From: Vulcanimicrobiota bacterium
Lineage (GTDB): Bacteria > Vulcanimicrobiota > Vulcanimicrobiia > Vulcanimicrobiales > Vulcanimicrobiaceae
Assembly: GCA_963699205.1 (NCBI GenBank)
Contig: OY969421.1
Location: 1,624,427-1,688,426, forward strand
DNA length: 64,000 bases
Direction: 5' to 3'
In this document: positions 28,283-37,981 of the stretch, one piece after another
How positions within the stretch are numbered: the stretch's first letter is position 1
Layout: each line of letters begins with the position of its first letter
Position numbers and translations under genes: made by a program
Notes under the pieces: model-generated
The model's input: the letters and a program-made list of their open reading frames with translations, nothing else
Told to the model about the DNA's origin: nothing
Database searches by the model: none

Positions 28283-28834
28283 ATGAAGCAAATCTGCGTT
28301 TTTTGCGGCTCTCATCTCGGAAACGATCCCGCGTATGCGCACGTGGCTCGCGAAGCCGCCGAGAAAATCGTCCGCGCCGGATATGGCATCGTGTACGGGG
28401 GCGGGAGCGTGGGATTGATGGGTGTCGTCGCCGATGCGGCGCTCCAGGCTGGAGGGCAAGTCATCGGCGTCATACCGCAGGCGCTCGCGCGAACCGAAGT
28501 CGCGCACGAAGGTCTGACGGAACTTCACATCGTCAATACGATGCACGAGCGAAAGGCCCTCATGGACGACCGTAGCGACGCGTTCATCGCGCTTCCAGGC
28601 GGCTTTGGAACGATGGACGAGTTCGCTGAAATCCTTAGCTGGCGGCAGCTGCGCATTCACGACAAGCCGATCGGTCTCTTGAACTTTCAGGGCTACTACG
28701 ATTCGCTGCTGCGGCTTTTCGATTCGATGGTAGCGCAGGGTTTCATCGGTCCGCACACACGCGCTCTTTTCGCGGATGCGAGCACCATCGAAGAACTGCT
28801 ATCCTCCATGTTCGAACCAAAAAATCGGCCGTAG
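28283..28834 (+). CDS. LOG family protein (cytokinin riboside 5'-monophosphate phosphoribohydrolase-like)
   Basis: MKQICVFCGSHLG...GIVYGGGSVGLMG...PGGFGTMDEFAE motifs. The upstream 110 codons of the track ORF are Arg-rich artefact. Confidence 0.85.
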   Translation: MKQICVFCGSHLGNDPAYAHVAREAAEKIVRAGYGIVYGGGSVGLMGVVADAALQAGGQVIGVIPQALARTEVAHEGLTELHIVNTMHERKALMDDRSDAFIALPGGFGTMDEFAEILSWRQLRIHDKPIGLLNFQGYYDSLLRLFDSMVAQGFIGPHTRALFADASTIEELLSSMFEPKNRP

Positions 28835-28853
28835 GGCAATCAAGTCTCGGAGG

Positions 28854-31800
28854 TTACTCCGATAACGCGGTGGTCACGATGCGTTCTTGTTCGACGGCAT
28901 GCTGCCCGGCGTAGCCTTCACTGGGACTCGCGCGATAGCCGCGTCCAATGTACTCGATATCGAAACCGTCGCGCTTTCCCTCCAGCAGGCGGCGGCGCAC
29001 GAAAGCACGCGCGCCCATATTCTTGGGCTCCTCTTGCACCCAGACGATCTTTTTCAGTTTCGGATAAGCGCCGATGACGCGGTTGATTTCCGCTACGGGC
29101 AGCGGCGCGAGGAGTTCGATGCGCGCGATGGCGGTCCGCGACAGACGTCCGTAGGCTTCGTGTGCGATCAGGTCTTGATAAATCTTTCCGCTGCACAAAA
29201 TTAGCCGTTCGATGTTTTCCCGGTCGAGCGGACGCGGTTCGTCGATGACCGGTATGAAACTTCCGGAAGCCATCTCCTCGAGCCGGCCCGCGGCGCTTTC
29301 GGCGCGCAGCAGCGACTTGGGCGTCAGTACGACGAGCGGAACCGCAATGGGCGATCGCGCCTGCAGACGCAAGAGGTGATAGTAGTTGCTCGCGATCGAG
29401 GGCGAGGCGACTCGGAGATTTCCTTCGGCGACGAGTTGCAGAAAGCGCTCGGGTCGCGCGCTGGAGTGCTCCGGACCGCCGCCTTCATAGCCGTGCGGGA
29501 GCAGCAACGTTAGGCGTGAACTCTCGCCCCACTTCGCCTGACCGGCCGCGATGAATTGATCGACGATGATCTCTGCGCCGTTGAAGAAGTCGCCGTATTG
29601 GGCTTCCCATAACACGAGCGCCGCCGGTTCTTGAGCAGAGTAGCCGTATTCAAACCCCACGCAGGCGTACTCCGACAGCGGACTGTTCCGCACTTCAAAA
29701 GAGGCTTGCAGCGGCGCAACGTGCTGTAGCGGAATCCACGTTTGTCCGCTCGCCGGATCGTGGAAAACGGCATGCCGGTGGCTAAACGTTCCGCGCTGCG
29801 TATCTTGCCCGGTCAGGCGTATCGGCGTCCCCGCAACGACGAGCGACGCAAAGGCCAGCGACTCCGCCGCTCCCCAATCCACCATACCGTTGCGGGCAAT
29901 GGCCGCGTTGCGCCGTTCGAACTGACCGGCGAGTTTCTTATTGAGGGAAAAGCCCTCTGGCACGCTCGTAAGCGCGGCGTTCCAAGAGACCAACTGCGCT
30001 GCGTTCACCGGGGGCAGAACCGTGCCGTCGAACGTGTTGCTTCCCGAAATTTTTCGTCCGTGGATGTGTGATGCCAGCGCGCCTTTGACGGCGCGACGTG
30101 CCTGGGCAAGCCGTTCGAACGCGTCGTCGTACATCGCTCTTGCCTGATCCGCGCTGAGCAAACCTTGATTGACCAGCTTGTTGGCGAAGAGTTCGCGCAC
30201 CGTCGGATGACTCTTGATGCGCTCGGCCGGCTGCGGCTGCGTGTACGCGGGCTCGTCCTGCTCGTTGTGGCCGAAGCGCCGGTAGCCGATCAAATCGATG
30301 AGCGAATCGCGGCCGAATTGCTGACGAAAGTCGACCGCAAAGTGCACGGCCGCAATGCACGCGTCTACGTCGTCGGCATTGACGTGCACGATCGGAACGT
30401 CGAAGCCTTTCGCCAAGTCGGAGGCGTAACGGGTGGAACGTGCATCGCTCGGATCGGTCGTGAATCCGATCTGGTTGTTGGCGATCAGGTGAATCGTTCC
30501 GCCGGTTTCATAGCCGGGCAACGACTGCAGGTTGAACACTTCGGAAACGATGCCTTGCGCCGTAAAGGCGGCGTCGCCATGGATCAATATGGGAACGGCA
30601 CGGGGGTGATCGAGTGCGGGCACGCCGCGAGCATGATCGGTCTGCAAGGCGCGCGCACTGCCCTCGACGACCGGATCGACTGCTTCCAGGTGGCTGGGGT
30701 TATGTGCGAGCGTTACGTGGATCTTTTTGCCCTTCGAGGTCGTGAAGTCGCCCCTAGCGCCGTGGTGGTACTTGACGTCGCCCATGACGTCGTCGTCTCC
30801 TAAGTTTCCACGGTACTGCGCCGCTTCGAACTCAGTCATGACCTCTTCATAGGGCAAATTGACGACGTGGGCGATCACGTTGAGCCGGCCGCGATGCGCC
30901 ATGCCCAGCACCGCATCGGCGACGCCGTCGTCGGCCAGCATGTCGAGCATCTCTTGAAGCATGGGAACCATAACGTCGAGCCCCTCGCCCGAGAAGGTCT
31001 TTTGGCCTATGAACGTTCTGCGAACGTAGCGATCGAAGGCTTCCACGTTCGTAAGCCGCGTGAGATACTCGACCTGTGCCTGCGGCGTGTGCTTGATCTT
31101 GCTGCGGCCGGATTCGATGTAGTCGCGCAGCCATATGCGTTCCGTCGCGTTCGAGATGTGTTCGATCTCGTACGCGATCGTCGAACTGTACGTTTCGCGC
31201 AGGCGCGGCAACACGTCGGCCAGCGTGGTGCCCGGAACTTTGACGTTGAGCACGCCAGCCGGAATCGCGCTTTGGAGAGCCGGCGTCAGGCCGTACGTCT
31301 GCGGCTCCAAGGACGCGTCGCCGACCGGGGCGGCGCCGAGCGGATCGAGATTCGCGGCCAGATGGCCGTGCCGGCGGTAGGCGGAAACGATCGCCATGCC
31401 GGCCGCAACCGCGCGAAGCATCTCGTCGGACGGTGGCGCCGCGCCGACCGGCCCGAGGGCGATTTGCGGCAGCGCCGCCGCCGTAAGTCCCAGCGCGGCA
31501 AACACGGACTCGTAGAACCCGTTGCGCCCTTGGAGCAACTCGTCGATTCGGCGCAAATATTCTCCCGATTGCGCGCCCTGAATCACGCGATGATCGTAGG
31601 TACTGGTCAACTGCATGACGCGCGAAACGCCCAAAAGCCGCAGCGATTGTTCGTTCGCCGATGTGAAGCCGGGCGGATACCCGATGGCACCCGTCGCGAT
31701 GATCGCGCCCTGACCCGCCATCAAACGGGGTACCGAAGCGACGGTTCCTAGTCCACCGGGATTGGTCAAGGTGAACGAAGCGCCTTGCAGCTCGTCCGGC

Positions 31801-32765
31801 GTCAATTGATTGTCGCGCGCTCGCGCAACGAGACGTTCGTAGCGCTGTTGGAAGGCGGCGAAGTCTAAGTTGTCGGCATCGCGTATCACCGGGACGACCA
31901 GCGTTCGCGTGCCGTTCTTGCGCTCGGTGTCGACCGCCAGCCCGAGATGAACTCCGGGTTCCACGCGGAGGGGCGCACCGGTTTTGTCACGGCGGAACGA
32001 ATGCGTGATAAACGGCATTTCGATCGCTGCACGCACCAACGCGTATGCGATCAAGTGGGTAAAGGAAATCCGTTCGCCCCGCCCGGCGGCTTTAATCGCG
32101 CCGTTGAGCTCCTTACGCCGAGCGTCGAGCACGTCTACCGGAACGGAACGGAAACTCGTTGCCGTTGGGATCGAAAGACTTTGCTCCATGTAATCGGACA
32201 GCGCCGCGGCGGGTCCGCGCAGGTCAGTAACCGTTGCATCGGCCGGAATCGGCGGCGCGGGCGACGCGCGCACGTCGGAGCGCCGGCGCGCGGACGCGGC
32301 TTGACCGAGCACGTCCGAGCGCACGATCAAACCAGCCGGCCCAGAACCCCGAACCAATGAAAGATCGACGTCGAGTTGCCGCGCGATGCGTTGCGCGGCG
32401 CGATCCGCAACCGCCGCATCGCGCGGCGCGGGCGGCGGCGGCACGGCCTGCGGCTTCTTTGCGCCATTGCCACGAGTCACCGGTTTTACCGCGGCTCCGT
32501 CGTGCTTCGAGGTGTCGATATGCGCAAGCACGGTTCCGACCGCAACCGTTTGGCCCTCGCGCGCGAGTATATCCGTGAGCTGCCCGGACGCCGTCGCGGG
32601 AACTTCGACGTCGACTTTGTCCGTCGTCACTTCGACGAGCGGATCCCCTTCGGCGACGAACTCGCCGACGCGACGGCGCCATTCCACGATCGATCCTTCC
32701 GTCACCGACTCGCCCATCTCGGGAAGCGTGACGCTTACGACGATTTGATCCAAATCAGCGTTCAT
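28854..32765 (-). CDS. Multifunctional 2-oxoglutarate dehydrogenase: lipoyl domain, E3/E1-binding domain, E2o acyltransferase core and E1o (SucA), all in one 1303-aa polypeptide
   Basis: Lipoyl motif VEVTTDKVDVEVPA. PSBD-like AAQRIARQLDVDLSLVRGSGPAGLIVRSDV. E2 catalytic TSTYDHRVIQGAQSGEYL. E1o region starts at YRRHGHLAANLDPLG and runs to the C-terminus. One uninterrupted ORF. Confidence 0.9.
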   Translation of the reverse strand: MNADLDQIVVSVTLPEMGESVTEGSIVEWRRRVGEFVAEGDPLVEVTTDKVDVEVPATASGQLTDILAREGQTVAVGTVLAHIDTSKHDGAAVKPVTRGNGAKKPQAVPPPPAPRDAAVADRAAQRIARQLDVDLSLVRGSGPAGLIVRSDVLGQAASARRRSDVRASPAPPIPADATVTDLRGPAAALSDYMEQSLSIPTATSFRSVPVDVLDARRKELNGAIKAAGRGERISFTHLIAYALVRAAIEMPFITHSFRRDKTGAPLRVEPGVHLGLAVDTERKNGTRTLVVPVIRDADNLDFAAFQQRYERLVARARDNQLTPDELQGASFTLTNPGGLGTVASVPRLMAGQGAIIATGAIGYPPGFTSANEQSLRLLGVSRVMQLTSTYDHRVIQGAQSGEYLRRIDELLQGRNGFYESVFAALGLTAAALPQIALGPVGAAPPSDEMLRAVAAGMAIVSAYRRHGHLAANLDPLGAAPVGDASLEPQTYGLTPALQSAIPAGVLNVKVPGTTLADVLPRLRETYSSTIAYEIEHISNATERIWLRDYIESGRSKIKHTPQAQVEYLTRLTNVEAFDRYVRRTFIGQKTFSGEGLDVMVPMLQEMLDMLADDGVADAVLGMAHRGRLNVIAHVVNLPYEEVMTEFEAAQYRGNLGDDDVMGDVKYHHGARGDFTTSKGKKIHVTLAHNPSHLEAVDPVVEGSARALQTDHARGVPALDHPRAVPILIHGDAAFTAQGIVSEVFNLQSLPGYETGGTIHLIANNQIGFTTDPSDARSTRYASDLAKGFDVPIVHVNADDVDACIAAVHFAVDFRQQFGRDSLIDLIGYRRFGHNEQDEPAYTQPQPAERIKSHPTVRELFANKLVNQGLLSADQARAMYDDAFERLAQARRAVKGALASHIHGRKISGSNTFDGTVLPPVNAAQLVSWNAALTSVPEGFSLNKKLAGQFERRNAAIARNGMVDWGAAESLAFASLVVAGTPIRLTGQDTQRGTFSHRHAVFHDPASGQTWIPLQHVAPLQASFEVRNSPLSEYACVGFEYGYSAQEPAALVLWEAQYGDFFNGAEIIVDQFIAAGQAKWGESSRLTLLLPHGYEGGGPEHSSARPERFLQLVAEGNLRVASPSIASNYYHLLRLQARSPIAVPLVVLTPKSLLRAESAAGRLEEMASGSFIPVIDEPRPLDRENIERLILCSGKIYQDLIAHEAYGRLSRTAIARIELLAPLPVAEINRVIGAYPKLKKIVWVQEEPKNMGARAFVRRRLLEGKRDGFDIEYIGRGYRASPSEGYAGQHAVEQERIVTTALSE

Positions 32766-32805
32766 CTTATCTTTCCGCGGCTCGGGGGCCTAGTGTGCCG
32801 TCGCT

Positions 32806-33521
32806 TTACAGTTGGGGCGCCAGATACGTATAGCGGTAGGTTGCCTGCAGTACGGCGATGGTCGCGACCATGGACGGTACGACGACGGCGCCGGCAATCA
32901 AGTGGGTGAGGATGTCGTCGGCAATTTGTTGGCGGCTCATGCCCGGCGCGAAGCCGCGGGCAGCCAGCGCCTCGGCGTGTTCTTGCACGGCCGTGTGACA
33001 CGTCAGCACGACCAAGCCGCGCCGCTGCAGCATCCGGATCGATCTGTCTTGATACATGCCGGCCTCGTCGTCCGGATCGGCCCCGGCGTTGAACGACGAG
33101 CGTTCCGAAAAGAAGACGTTGGAGCCGATCGGCATACCGCGGCCATCGGTCAATTGAAGAATTCGCCGATGCGATAGCGTTTCCAAATCGCGTCGCTGTA
33201 GCCATACGCGCCGGAGACTCCATGAGCCGCAAAGACGAGCGAGATCGCGTCGGGCGGGTAACCGAAACCAAACTGCAGTCCGTTGAACGAATTCTTGATA
33301 TTGTTGAGGATCGCCGGATGAAATGCTATCGCTTCGTACACTTGACGAATCTGCGCCCGGCCGCCGACGGCCCTCGCAAAGCCTTGCGCATCGAAGTCCG
33401 ACCGGCGCTCGACGTAGTGAGCGCCGCCCGGGACGCCTTGCGACGTCGCGCTCGCCGCGCCTGTAAGCGCCGTGGACGATGCGAGAAAAGCTCCGCGGTT
33501 CATATTCGTCCGTTTTCCCAC
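32806..33521 (-). pseudogene. Hypothetical exported protein, split by a 1-nt frame disruption near 33150-33162
   Basis: Track ORF 33150-33521 (MGKRTNMNRGAFLASSTALTGAASA signal ... AIWKRYRIGEFF) continues as QLTDGRGMPIGSNVFF... in the C-terminal part of ORF 32806-33603. Total length is 3n+2. The N-terminal 140 aa of the 265-aa track ORF are Arg-rich artefact. Confidence 0.55.
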
Positions 33522-33569
33522 GCGCTGCGCCGAGGACCCTTTGCCGCTCGAGTGAAACTCTTTTCATAC

Positions 33570-34427
33570 ATGGTACCGGCGGAGATCGATCCGACGAACG
33601 CACTCTCGACCGTACTCAATCGCCGAACTTTCGTTGGTGTCGCCGCCGGGGCGGCAGTGCCGGCGCTGGCATTGGCAAGCAAGTCCGGTGGTGAACCGCA
33701 CGCGCCGTACGTCGCAGAAGATCACCCCGCGATCGCGGCCCAGCGGGTACCGCTGAGCTCTTCTGCGGGCGCGCTGAGCGCATATACGGCAAAGCCGGCG
33801 CACGCAAACGGCTCTACTCCATCAGTCGTAGTCGTTATGCACGTCTGGGGAGTCGATACCTCCATTCGCGACGTCGTTCGACGACTCGCCAAGGCGGGAT
33901 TCGTCGCAATCGCGCCCGATCTTTACGCGCGCATGAACGCACCTAGCGGCGACGGATCGACCGATTTCGCCATCTTTCGACAGTACGCACAGCGGCTGAC
34001 GAGCGAACGAGAAGATGCCGACATTGCGGCCGCGGCGGCCTGGCTGCGCGAAGGATTTCCGACAACCAAAATTGCCGTCATGGGTTTTTGCATGGGTGGG
34101 CGCATCGCAATGCGGGCTGCAATCGATAACGCAGGCACCTTCGCTGCGGTTTGTTCGTTTTACGGTGACGTAAAAACGATCGACCCTCGCGCCATCGTCA
34201 TCCCGTACTATGGAAGTTACGGCGCCCGCGACACCGGCATTCCGGCCGAGAACGTGCGCGCGTTCGCAGCGTCGCTAACGGTCGCGCACGACGTGCGCAT
34301 CTACGATGAGGCGGGGCACGCCTTTTTCGACGATCAACGCGCCTCGTACGTTGCCACTGCTGCTGCGGACGGCTGGAATCGCTTGCTGCGCTTTCTTCAA
34401 AAATATCTAGGTCCGCCGGCATCGTGA
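33570..34427 (+). CDS. Dienelactone hydrolase family protein with Tat-like signal
   Basis: NRRTFVGVAAGAAVPALALA signal. VVVMHVWGVD, GFCMGGR nucleophile elbow, AGHAFFDD. Confidence 0.8.
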   Translation: MVPAEIDPTNALSTVLNRRTFVGVAAGAAVPALALASKSGGEPHAPYVAEDHPAIAAQRVPLSSSAGALSAYTAKPAHANGSTPSVVVVMHVWGVDTSIRDVVRRLAKAGFVAIAPDLYARMNAPSGDGSTDFAIFRQYAQRLTSEREDADIAAAAAWLREGFPTTKIAVMGFCMGGRIAMRAAIDNAGTFAAVCSFYGDVKTIDPRAIVIPYYGSYGARDTGIPAENVRAFAASLTVAHDVRIYDEAGHAFFDDQRASYVATAAADGWNRLLRFLQKYLGPPAS

Positions 34428-35641
34428 TCGTCACCGAAGCACTGTTCCTGTTCCTAATCGGCGGAGCGGTTGGCGCCCTGGTCGTCTGGCTGGTCGGTAG
34501 GACGGAGGCGACGGCGCTCCGCGTTTCGCTGGCGCACGCACAACGCGCGGAAGAGAAGGCCGTCGAATCGCTGATCGAGCGCGCCAAGAACGAACTCCGA
34601 GAGACGACCGCATTGCGCGCGAGCGAGCGCGTTGGCGAACTCGTTTCTCCGATGGCACAGAAACTGTCGGAGTTCGATCGGCTCATCACGGATTTGGAAG
34701 CCCGACGCCGCCATGATGCCGGCAGCCTGCGCGAGCAGATCGACCTGCTCCTTGGTAGAGCGGATAAGCTCGAAAACGCGGCCGCGCATCTCTCGACGCA
34801 GACTTCGACGCTGGTGACCGCGCTGCGCAATCCCACGTCGCGCGGGAAATGGGGCGAGATGCAGTTGCGCAACGTCGTCGAGAAGGCCGGCATGCTGCCG
34901 TACTGCGACTTCGTCGAGCAGCAAACCGTGGCGGTCGGCGAAGTGCGGTCGCGTCCGGACATGACGGTCAATCTTCCGGGCGATCGTCGGGTGTTCGTCG
35001 ATGCGAAGGCGCCCGTTGATGCGATGCAAGCAGCGCTCGAAACCCCCGACGATCAAAGCCGAAAGAGTTTGCTCAAACGACACGCACGTGCGCTGCGCGA
35101 GCACGTCGATTCTCTCGCTCGCCGCGGCTATCACACCGCGACGGGTTCGGCCGACTACGTGGTGATGTTCGTCGCGGGAGAAGCGTTCTTGAGTTCTGCC
35201 TGCACCGAAGATCCTTCGCTCATCGAGTACGCGCTGGATCAAGGCGTGCTCGTTACGGGCCCCCTGTCGCTCGTCAGCCTGCTGCGTACCTTCGCAATCG
35301 GTTGGCAGGCCTTACGTCAAGAAGAGAACGCCAAACGCATCGCCACAATCGGTAAAGCCTTTTACGAGCGAGCCTGTAAGTTCTCCGAGCATCTTCTGGA
35401 GTTGCGCAGGCATCTCGAGCGCACGGTGAACGCGTTCAACGCGACGGTCGGGTCGTACGAGAGCAAGTTTTTGCCGCAAGGGCGCAGGCTCAAAGAAGAG
35501 GCGGCCCTGTCCGCCGACGATCTCGCCGAACTGCCGCCGATCGACGTCGTTCCGCGCGACGTCACCGCACTGGACACAACCCCCCCTGCAAAGCGGCTGC
35601 CACGTTCGCAGCGCCTTTTTCCGAAGGACGACGCGGTCTAG
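34424..35641 (+). CDS. rmuC: DNA recombination protein RmuC
   Basis: N-terminal TM helix, then a coiled coil, then SRGKWGEMQLRNVVEKAGMLPYCDF and DYVVMFVAGEAF, typical of the RmuC family. Confidence 0.8.
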   Translation: MIVTEALFLFLIGGAVGALVVWLVGRTEATALRVSLAHAQRAEEKAVESLIERAKNELRETTALRASERVGELVSPMAQKLSEFDRLITDLEARRRHDAGSLREQIDLLLGRADKLENAAAHLSTQTSTLVTALRNPTSRGKWGEMQLRNVVEKAGMLPYCDFVEQQTVAVGEVRSRPDMTVNLPGDRRVFVDAKAPVDAMQAALETPDDQSRKSLLKRHARALREHVDSLARRGYHTATGSADYVVMFVAGEAFLSSACTEDPSLIEYALDQGVLVTGPLSLVSLLRTFAIGWQALRQEENAKRIATIGKAFYERACKFSEHLLELRRHLERTVNAFNATVGSYESKFLPQGRRLKEEAALSADDLAELPPIDVVPRDVTALDTTPPAKRLPRSQRLFPKDDAV

Positions 35642-36216
35642 TATTCGTGAGGTGGGCTGCCTGAGGCGTGATCCGCCTTCCAGGCTTTCAACGCATTCAG
35701 GGTATTGGCGACGTGCAAGGACGGATCGAGGCTCGTATAGGTGTAGACGATCGTGCCGTCGGGCGCAATCACGTAGGACGTTCGATTCGCGTACTGCGGA
35801 TGCGACGCGAGGACGGCGTCGTACGACTTCATCACGCGCTGATCCGTGTCGGCGGCCACCGGAAACTTGCTGCGGCACTCGCTAACGGAGAACTTTTGCA
35901 ACTTGTCCAGCGGATCGTGAGAAACGCCGATCACCGTCGCGCCGAGCGCCTTGTATTGATCGATAGCATCGGCAAACTCATGGGCCTCGATCGTGCACCC
36001 CGTCGTGAACGCGGCCGGATAGAAGTACAGCACAACGGGGCCGCTCCTGAGCGCCTCCGCTAGCGTGAAGGTAAAGACGCTTCCCCCTTGCGTTGCCTGG
36101 AGCGTAAAGGGAGGGGCTTTGCTGCCGATGGAGAGCGCCGCCAGGGCCGGAGCGGCGAGCGTGACCGCCAACGCAGGGCCCATCAATAAAGAAAGACGCT
36201 TTCCCATTTCATACAT
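35638..36216 (-). CDS. Secreted peroxiredoxin (AhpC/TSA, Bcp/PrxQ-like)
   Basis: Signal peptide MGKRLSLLMGPALAVTLAAPALAA. VVLYFYPAAFTTGCTIEAHEF peroxidatic Cys motif. Confidence 0.8.
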   Translation of the reverse strand: MYEMGKRLSLLMGPALAVTLAAPALAALSIGSKAPPFTLQATQGGSVFTFTLAEALRSGPVVLYFYPAAFTTGCTIEAHEFADAIDQYKALGATVIGVSHDPLDKLQKFSVSECRSKFPVAADTDQRVMKSYDAVLASHPQYANRTSYVIAPDGTIVYTYTSLDPSLHVANTLNALKAWKADHASGSPPHEY

Positions 36217-36230
36217 CCCCTCTCCGTCGC

Positions 36231-36773
36231 TTACACTTTGAACTCGATATCTCGGAACTGCTTCTCGTCGTAGTTCGGATCGCCTGGCGGTCTCAGAATT
36301 TGCCTCCACCAGGCGCTATACATCGCGAGCCACTCGAAATTTTCAAAGATGTACTCGTTGTCGCGGACGCGTCGCAGTCGGAAGATGAACTCGCGGATGG
36401 TTTCCCATCGGACTCGAATCATATATCCCACCGCATCGACGAGGAGCGACGCGTCGAGGACGCGCCGCCGCGCCAGCGTCGCAACCGTTTCGAAATATTG
36501 CGCGACCAAAAGCAGTGCCCGGTCGTCGTCGGAATTGTCGAAGCGCTCCAGAATGGCGTCGTTGGTAGGATAGCGGCCCTGCACCCCTTGCAATCCTTCG
36601 AAAGCGGCCATTGCAGCGGCATCCGTCAAGCGGTTAATCGCTTCCAAAATCGCCAGTGCGTTGCGTTCGTGTTCGAGTTGCTTGTTTTGGCGCGCCAGCA
36701 AGATGGTCGAGAGGCCGAGCGCAACCATCGACACGATTACGGACGCTGCGGCCAGGACTTCGCCCGGGTTCAC
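36231..36773 (-). CDS. Hypothetical membrane-anchored protein (DUF4760-like by recollection)
   Basis: One N-terminal TM helix (VLAAASVIVSMVALGLSTILLA) followed by a helical domain. No enzymatic motif. Confidence 0.55.
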   Translation of the reverse strand: MNPGEVLAAASVIVSMVALGLSTILLARQNKQLEHERNALAILEAINRLTDAAAMAAFEGLQGVQGRYPTNDAILERFDNSDDDRALLLVAQYFETVATLARRRVLDASLLVDAVGYMIRVRWETIREFIFRLRRVRDNEYIFENFEWLAMYSAWWRQILRPPGDPNYDEKQFRDIEFKV

Positions 36774-36783
36774 GGCTACGTCG

Positions 36784-37932
36784 TTACAACCCCATCAGCC
36801 GAGCCAACACCATGCGTTGGACCTCGTTGGTGCCTTCCCCGATTTCGTTGATCTTCTGATCGCGATACATTCGGGAAATCGGATACTCGTCCATGAAACC
36901 GTAGCCGCCGTGGATTTGCAGCGCCTCATTGACGACCCGATGCGAAAGCTCACCCGCGAACAGTTTGGCGAAGCTCGCCGCTTGCACGTAGTCGCGGCCT
37001 TGATCCTTTTCCCATGCCGCCCTCAGCATCATGAGTTTCGCATGTTCGATCTGCGTGAGCATATCGACCAGTTTGAAGGAGACCGCCTGGAATTTACTGA
37101 TCGGTTTGCCGAAAGCGTGACGTTCTTTGGAATAGGTTAGCGCCTCATCATAGGCCCCCAATGCTAGGCCGATGGACAGGGCAGCGACCGAAATCCGCCC
37201 GCCGTCAAGAATCTCGAGAAATTGCCGGAAGCCCTCACCCCGGCGGCCGAGCAGGTTTTCTTCCGCCACACGGGCATCTGAGAACGACAATTCGCGGGTA
37301 TCCGACGCCCGCCAGCCCATCTTGCGATATTTCCGGCTGCGCGTGAACCCAACGGTTTCTTGCGGCACGATGATGTTTGAAATTTCGCGCGATCCGTCGG
37401 CGCGCCGCCCCGTCACGGCCGTGATCGTCGTACCTCCGCTGATTTGTGTACCGGAGTTGGTGATGAACGCTTTCGTTCCGTTGATGATCCAGTGGCCGTC
37501 GCGCAAATCGGCTTTGGTTTGCACGTTCCCCGCATCGCTGCCGGCATTTGGTTCGGTCAAACCAAAGCCCCAAAGCGTCTGACCTTGGGCCAACGGCACG
37601 AGATATTTCTGTTTCTGTGCTTCGTTCCCGAAAAGAAAGAACGGCGTCGCTCCCAGCGAGACGTGAGCCGCAAGCGTGATCGCAGTGGAGGCATCGGCAC
37701 GAGCGATCTCCATGACCGCCAGCGCGTAACTGACCGTATCGGCGCCCGCTCCGCCGTATTCTTCCGGAAACGGCAGTCCCATGAATCCCAGCGCGGCCAT
37801 CTTCTCGACGAGCTCGTACGGAAAACGCTCTTCGCGATCCATCGCCTCGGCGCGTGGCCGTACCTCCTCTCGCGCAAACTCGCGCGCAAGGCTTTGGATC
37901 GCCTTTTGCTCGTCGGTTAGATCGAAGTTCAT
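36784..37932 (-). CDS. Acyl-CoA dehydrogenase
   Basis: MNFDLTDEQKAIQSLAREFAREEV start. GLTEPNAGSDAG, QIHGGYGFMDEYPISRMYRD, IGEGTNEVQRMV. Confidence 0.9.
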   Translation of the reverse strand: MNFDLTDEQKAIQSLAREFAREEVRPRAEAMDREERFPYELVEKMAALGFMGLPFPEEYGGAGADTVSYALAVMEIARADASTAITLAAHVSLGATPFFLFGNEAQKQKYLVPLAQGQTLWGFGLTEPNAGSDAGNVQTKADLRDGHWIINGTKAFITNSGTQISGGTTITAVTGRRADGSREISNIIVPQETVGFTRSRKYRKMGWRASDTRELSFSDARVAEENLLGRRGEGFRQFLEILDGGRISVAALSIGLALGAYDEALTYSKERHAFGKPISKFQAVSFKLVDMLTQIEHAKLMMLRAAWEKDQGRDYVQAASFAKLFAGELSHRVVNEALQIHGGYGFMDEYPISRMYRDQKINEIGEGTNEVQRMVLARLMGL

Positions 37933-37981
37933 GGCGAAGGTATAAGGGCCAGCTTCAGGAAAAGTCCTCTTTGAACTGCCG

